Assembly: GCA_963726195.1 (NCBI GenBank)
Contig: CAVSBO010000004.1
Span: 160,001 to 224,000, forward strand
Direction: 5' to 3'
Source of the DNA: Candidatus Thorarchaeota archaeon
GTDB lineage: Archaea > Asgardarchaeota > Thorarchaeia > Thorarchaeales > Thorarchaeaceae
Length of the DNA stretch: 64,000 bases
The notes beneath the pieces were generated by a model that was not told the DNA's origin, did not search any database, and saw only the letters and a list, made by a program, of their open reading frames with translations. Position numbers and translations under genes: made by a program. Shown one piece after another: positions 59,371-64,000 of the stretch (position 1 is the stretch's first letter; each line of letters starts with the position of its first letter).

Positions 59371-61123
59371 ATGGAGTACAAACGTCTCGCAGAAGCCTAT
59401 ACTCAGATTGAGTCTACGTCTGGTCTTCTGGAGAAGACTGAGATTCTGTCCTCACTCCTGAAGGATACACCGCCCAAGGAGGTCAGTCGGGTTGTCGCAC
59501 TGACCTTGGGCAAACTGCATCCCGACTGGACGGGAAGTCCAGAAATCGGCATTGCCGAGAAGACTGCCATTCAGGTCGTTGCAGCCGCTGCATCGGTCTC
59601 AGAAACAAGGGTCAAAGCGGAGGTTAGGAAGACTGGAGATATCGGTGCTGCTGCAGAAGTGCTGTTGGCAAGTAGCGCTCAGGGCGCACTCATAGATGAA
59701 GAGTCAACTGCTGCGTTTGTTTACGAGACATTGGATGCGACTGCGAAGACCTCAGGACAGGGGAGTAGCCGCGAAAAGACGGCCAAGCTTAACGGGGCTC
59801 CTGAGCAGCCTGAGCCCTCTTGAAGCAAAGTACGTCCTTAGAACTGTGCTCGGGGATTTGAGGCTAGGCCTCGGAGACATGATCATGATTGATGCGCTTG
59901 CAATAGCGTTTGCCGGTGACAAAGCCGCGAGTGACGAAATTGAGCATGCCTTCAATGTGTGTAGTGATTTGACCCATGTTGCGGAGATTCTGGCAATTCG
60001 GGGTATCGAAGCGGTCCGTTCTATCAAGGCAGAAGTTGGTACTCCAATTCGGATGATGGCCGCCAAGAAGCTCGCCACCACCGCGGAAATCATGGCGAAG
60101 GTTGGCAACAGGGCTCTCGCTGAGTACAAGTATGACGGCGAAAGAATCCAAGTCCACAAGAATGGCGAGACAATAGTACTGTTCTCTCGTCGTCAGGAGC
60201 GTATAACCGACCAGTACCCTGACGTGGTGGAATATGTTCGTGAGAATGTTGTCGCCAAGAAGTGTATCATAGAAGGGGAATGCGTTGCGGTGGACGCCTC
60301 GACTGGAAGGATGCGCCCATTTCAGGAACTGATGCAGCGCCGCAGAAAGACAGACATCGACAAGATGAGGAAGCAGGTACCCACAGGCATTTTCTTCTTC
60401 GACATCCTGTATCTCGAGGACAGAGACGTGACAGCGCTGCCAATGCTTGAACGCAGGTCCCTCCTTGAGAAAGCACTGAGGAAAAGCGACAGGGTGAATC
60501 TAACAACAGGACAAGTCATTTCAGATCCCGAGAAGCTTGGTGAGTTCTTCAAGCAAGCAGTTGAGGGTGGTGCAGAAGGCATCATAGCAAAAGCTGTCCA
60601 CAAGGACTCAAGCTATCAAGCCGGGTCAAGAAGCTGGTTATGGATTAAGCTAAAGGCATCTTACCAAGAAGGGTTGTCAGATACTGTGGACCTAGTCATT
60701 GTCGGGGCAATCTACGGCCGGGGCAAACGAACTGGAGTTTACGGCGCCATCTTAGCATCCGTGTATGACCCTGACTCCGACACATATCCAACGGTGTGCA
60801 AGATTGGAACCGGATTCACGGACGAAATACTAATGGAACTGAAACAGAGATTGGACAAGTACAAGCTGGAAAAAAGAAACCCCAAGGTGATCTCGGACAT
60901 GGAAGCGGACGTTTGGTTTGACCCTCAGGTCGTCATAGAGGTCATTGGGGATCAGATTACTCACAGCCCCGTCCACACTGCTGGTCAAGGCAGAGTGGCC
61001 GGCGGCGGTCTCGCAGTAAGATTCCCACGGTTCACTGGTAGATGGCGAGAAGACAAAGGCCCTACACAAGCAACAACGGTTGATGACATTGTAGACATGT
61101 TCGAGGCTCAACGGAAGCATTGA
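59371..61123 (+). CDS. lig: ATP-dependent DNA ligase; 1-nt insertion near 59791
   Basis: EYKYDGER, EGE, FDILY, EGIIAK, WIKLK, RFPRF; frames join at AKL/TGLLSS. Confidence 0.95.
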
Positions 61124-61232
61124 ACAGCGCGATGTCCTCCCACTTGTCACATGAATCTGAACTGCTTAGGCGTCATTCCGGCAGTTTTAGAAGTCTACGG
61201 GCTTCTACGCGGGACAACCCCGAGGCATCATA

Positions 61233-61685
61233 ATGCACGGCATACGCATCACTGACGGGAAGATGAGCTTCAGTGCAGCCCATTTTGTGGTGCGTGGTGG
61301 AGCATGCGAGCGGCTGCACGGTCACAACTATCAAGTTGAGGTATCCATTCAAGGTCCCCTAGATAATCATGGAATGGTGCTAGACTTCAGAGATGTCAAA
61401 GACCGAGTCACGGGAATTTGTGAGGCCTTAGACCACAGGGTGCTTCTTCCCGGGCGCTCACAGGAAATCAAGGTTCGAGAAGCCGCGGGCACAATGGAAG
61501 TGGTTGTGACGGGCAGGCGATATGCGTTCCCAAAGGATGATTGCATTGTGCTGCCAATCGCAGCCACGACGGCAGAGCTGCTTGCTGAGTACATAGCCAC
61601 GAAGCTCGAGCTCTCTGGAACCTACGATTATCAAGTGTGTGTCAGCGAGAAGGCTGGGAGTGATGGCTGCTACAGCAGTAAATGA
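61233..61685 (+). CDS. queD: 6-pyruvoyl-tetrahydropterin/6-carboxytetrahydropterin synthase family
   Basis: FSAAHF, CERLHGHNY, LDH, TAELLA. Confidence 0.85.
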   Translation: MHGIRITDGKMSFSAAHFVVRGGACERLHGHNYQVEVSIQGPLDNHGMVLDFRDVKDRVTGICEALDHRVLLPGRSQEIKVREAAGTMEVVVTGRRYAFPKDDCIVLPIAATTAELLAEYIATKLELSGTYDYQVCVSEKAGSDGCYSSK

Positions 61686-61705
61686 ACATGTTAGGCTCAC
61701 GGTGA

Positions 61706-62524
61706 ATGGCATTGGTATTTGAAACGCAAAACGAACAGCCCCTTCACAGGATACAACTCAGCAGGGTTGGACTTAGGAATCTAAAGACATTCGTCATCAC
61801 CGAACGCGGTGGTCTTAGGTATCATCTGATTCCCACAGTGGAGATTACAATCGACCTGCCCGCTGAGCTGAAGGGTATCCACATGTCTCGGCTGGTCGAG
61901 TCCATGACCGAGGCGGTCACCGATCAGTTCAGAGTGCACAGTTCTGTAGAGGAGATTCAGATAGACATTCTTGATTCTCTTCAACGCAAGCATGCTTTCA
62001 CACACGGTGAAGTCAAGTTTGAGTTCGAGTTTGGCTATGAGAGCAAGACGCCGGTCTCAAAGAAGAGGACTTGGGAAGTATGCGACGTCACAGCTATCAC
62101 GATTAAGGAAGAAGACAAGCCACCCGTTCATAGTGTCGAGTTGCGGGTGATTGGGAACACTGTGTGTCCGCATTGTATGGCGAACAACAATGGCATGACC
62201 CACATGCAGAGGGCAGTCGGAGTGCTACGGGTGGTCGGAGGGATTTCTGACATACCGAAGTATGGAGACATGATCGATGTCATCGAGAGGTCTTTTTCAA
62301 GCAAAACGTATTCACTGCTCAAGCTTGAGGATGAGATCCAAGTGACCAGACAGATGTACGAGAATCCCCTGTTCGTCGAAGATGTGTGTAGGAACATATT
62401 GCAGAACGCAAAGGAAGCCTTCGGTGACAGGAATCTCGAAGTCTATGCTGAGGCAACGTCGCTTGAGAGTATTCACAAACACGATGTGATTGCCCAGGGC
62501 CGACTGCTTACGAATGGTCAATAA
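61706..62524 (+). CDS. mptA: GTP cyclohydrolase, MptA/FolE2 family
   Basis: GIHMSRL, CP, HMQR, PLFVEDVCR, ESIHKHD. Confidence 0.88.
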   Translation: MALVFETQNEQPLHRIQLSRVGLRNLKTFVITERGGLRYHLIPTVEITIDLPAELKGIHMSRLVESMTEAVTDQFRVHSSVEEIQIDILDSLQRKHAFTHGEVKFEFEFGYESKTPVSKKRTWEVCDVTAITIKEEDKPPVHSVELRVIGNTVCPHCMANNNGMTHMQRAVGVLRVVGGISDIPKYGDMIDVIERSFSSKTYSLLKLEDEIQVTRQMYENPLFVEDVCRNILQNAKEAFGDRNLEVYAEATSLESIHKHDVIAQGRLLTNGQ

Positions 62525-62759
62525 AGCAGTTCGTCAATTGCCAGGGCTTCTTCGTGAATCAGGTGCATTTTGGCTGGGCTGCCTGGGTGACCACATTTGC
62601 ATGATTCATGGTATTTCTCCTGTTTCTTTGTACAAAGAAGGCTTTTTTGACTAATTGCGTTAATCAAAACGCGCGCATGCTTGGTTCCTCCTGAGTCCAG
62701 AACGCCATCGTTCCCGCAGTGTCGAAATGCCGCATATGATGTCGTCGAGGTAGACAGAA

Positions 62760-64000
62760 ATGTCGCGAGTGGCTTTGGCCGTGATGGTATTTGCCGTGCT
62801 GTTTGTTGGCCAGTTGGCGGGATTGCAGTCGATTGGCTGGGATTCCAGTGGAGGAGAACTCGTCGGGAGGACAGGGGTCCCGTGCGAGTCAGGGCCTGCA
62901 GACGCCTAACACGGGTCCGACTGATGTTAACACAGGCACTGGACCACATGGAACACTCACGGGAACTCAATTCACTCAGGCTGACGAGGACCTTGCTGGC
63001 GTGCTTCAGCCTGTGGCCGTCGAAGAAAGAGGCTATGTCTCTTCGGGGAATCTGAGTGCTCGCACTGACACACACGAGGCAACAAGCAAGAATCTGTCAA
63101 TCGATGCCAGCCACGGATGGAAAGCGGATCTGCGCTCGTGAACGTGTCATCCCTCCAGAGGCTCTATGTCACCAACGGTTCGTTCAACACTGGCACGCCT
63201 GGTATAAACGTGGATCCAAATGGCAACGTTACTCATCACCCTCTTGGTTGGGACGCATATAGCCACACAGGCGCAGGCGGGATGGATACTCAACTGGCTG
63301 GTTACGATTCCAGCGGCACCGGTTCGTTTCGGTTGAGAATCAAGGTGTTCTTGTGGCTGGCGGTCTTTACAGGCATTACGCGGGGTCCAATATCTCTTGG
63401 GTTCAGCGTGTGATTAACAAACCCAAGTCAACTCAGTTTACTATCACGTTTGACTATCTCTATCTAAGAGGTCCCCTTGGTGCAGGAGTTCCCGGCGGCT
63501 GCTCCATGGTCGTTTACATGAATTCCACAAAGGTTTGGAGCATGAGCGTTCCCACCATCAGTCAAAGAGGTGTTTGGTACAACACTGGCCCGATAACTAT
63601 CACCAACGCGGGATCTGGCAATAGGTTCGACTTCAAGATTGGACTAGTTGTCGACAGCCGCATGAACCTCGATCCCTTTGCCAGCTATTCTCAGCCCGAA
63701 GGAATTGACAATGCTGCGTACGTGACACTCGACATTGACAATGTCTTGTTCAATGCTGCTAGCCCGCCAAGCTTTGGCGCGGTCTCTTTGCAGTTCAAGG
63801 CGGGCAGTACAACCGTTTCCGTCTCGGGTAGCTCAGGACATGGCTCGGCCAACGTCAGCAATCCTAGCTTCTGGACCTCCAGCTTCCTGACCGTCGGTCT
63901 GCAATCAAACACTAGTGTATCCTTCTACTATGTGACTCTTCTCCTATGTCACCATTTTGGCAATTCTAGTTGGACTACCGAGATGACCAAGATAGGGGTC
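62760..64000 (+). CDS. N-terminus of a large secreted/surface glycoprotein, several frameshifts, runs off the window
   Basis: Signal peptide MSRVALAVMVFAVLFVG from ATG 62760; consecutive beta-rich, NxS/T-rich frames (62791-63141, 63117-63413, then open to 64000). Confidence 0.6.

Overview
Archaeal chromosomal segment, most likely from an Asgard archaeon (Thorarchaeia-like). This is inferred from the longin-domain, adaptin-appendage-like and SMC5/6-like proteins together with archaeal housekeeping genes. Housekeeping content: UbiX, ZPR1, tRNA-Ala(UGC), K+-independent H+-PPase, NfnAB, Nnr, a fused PPAT/dephospho-CoA kinase, the HMG-CoA synthase/thiolase/DUF35 trio, TrxB, thermosome, S17e, DNA ligase, QueD/PTPS and MptA. 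The most notable locus is a tight minus-strand operon (20803-26866): a catalytically dead AAA+ protein, an SMC5/6-type ATPase, an ScpA-like kleisin, an Nse1/Nse3(MAGE)-like KITE and a TFIIB-type Zn-ribbon/winged-helix protein. It lies back-to-back with a MoxR AAA/vWA-metallopeptidase pair. Other unusual items: a candidate ~85-nt hairpin RNA with an anti-SD/anti-AUG loop and its own TATA box; a longin + NPRL2-like winged-helix protein; an 8x Zn-module protein ending in a coatomer/adaptin ear-like domain; a SAMHD1-like HD pseudoenzyme that keeps the allosteric residues; an ATP-grasp/dual-specificity-phosphatase fusion; and repeat-rich surface proteins. At least ten single-base indels split otherwise intact genes, including the essential DNA ligase, so they are most likely sequencing errors. 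All family calls come from motif recognition by eye; no database searches were run.
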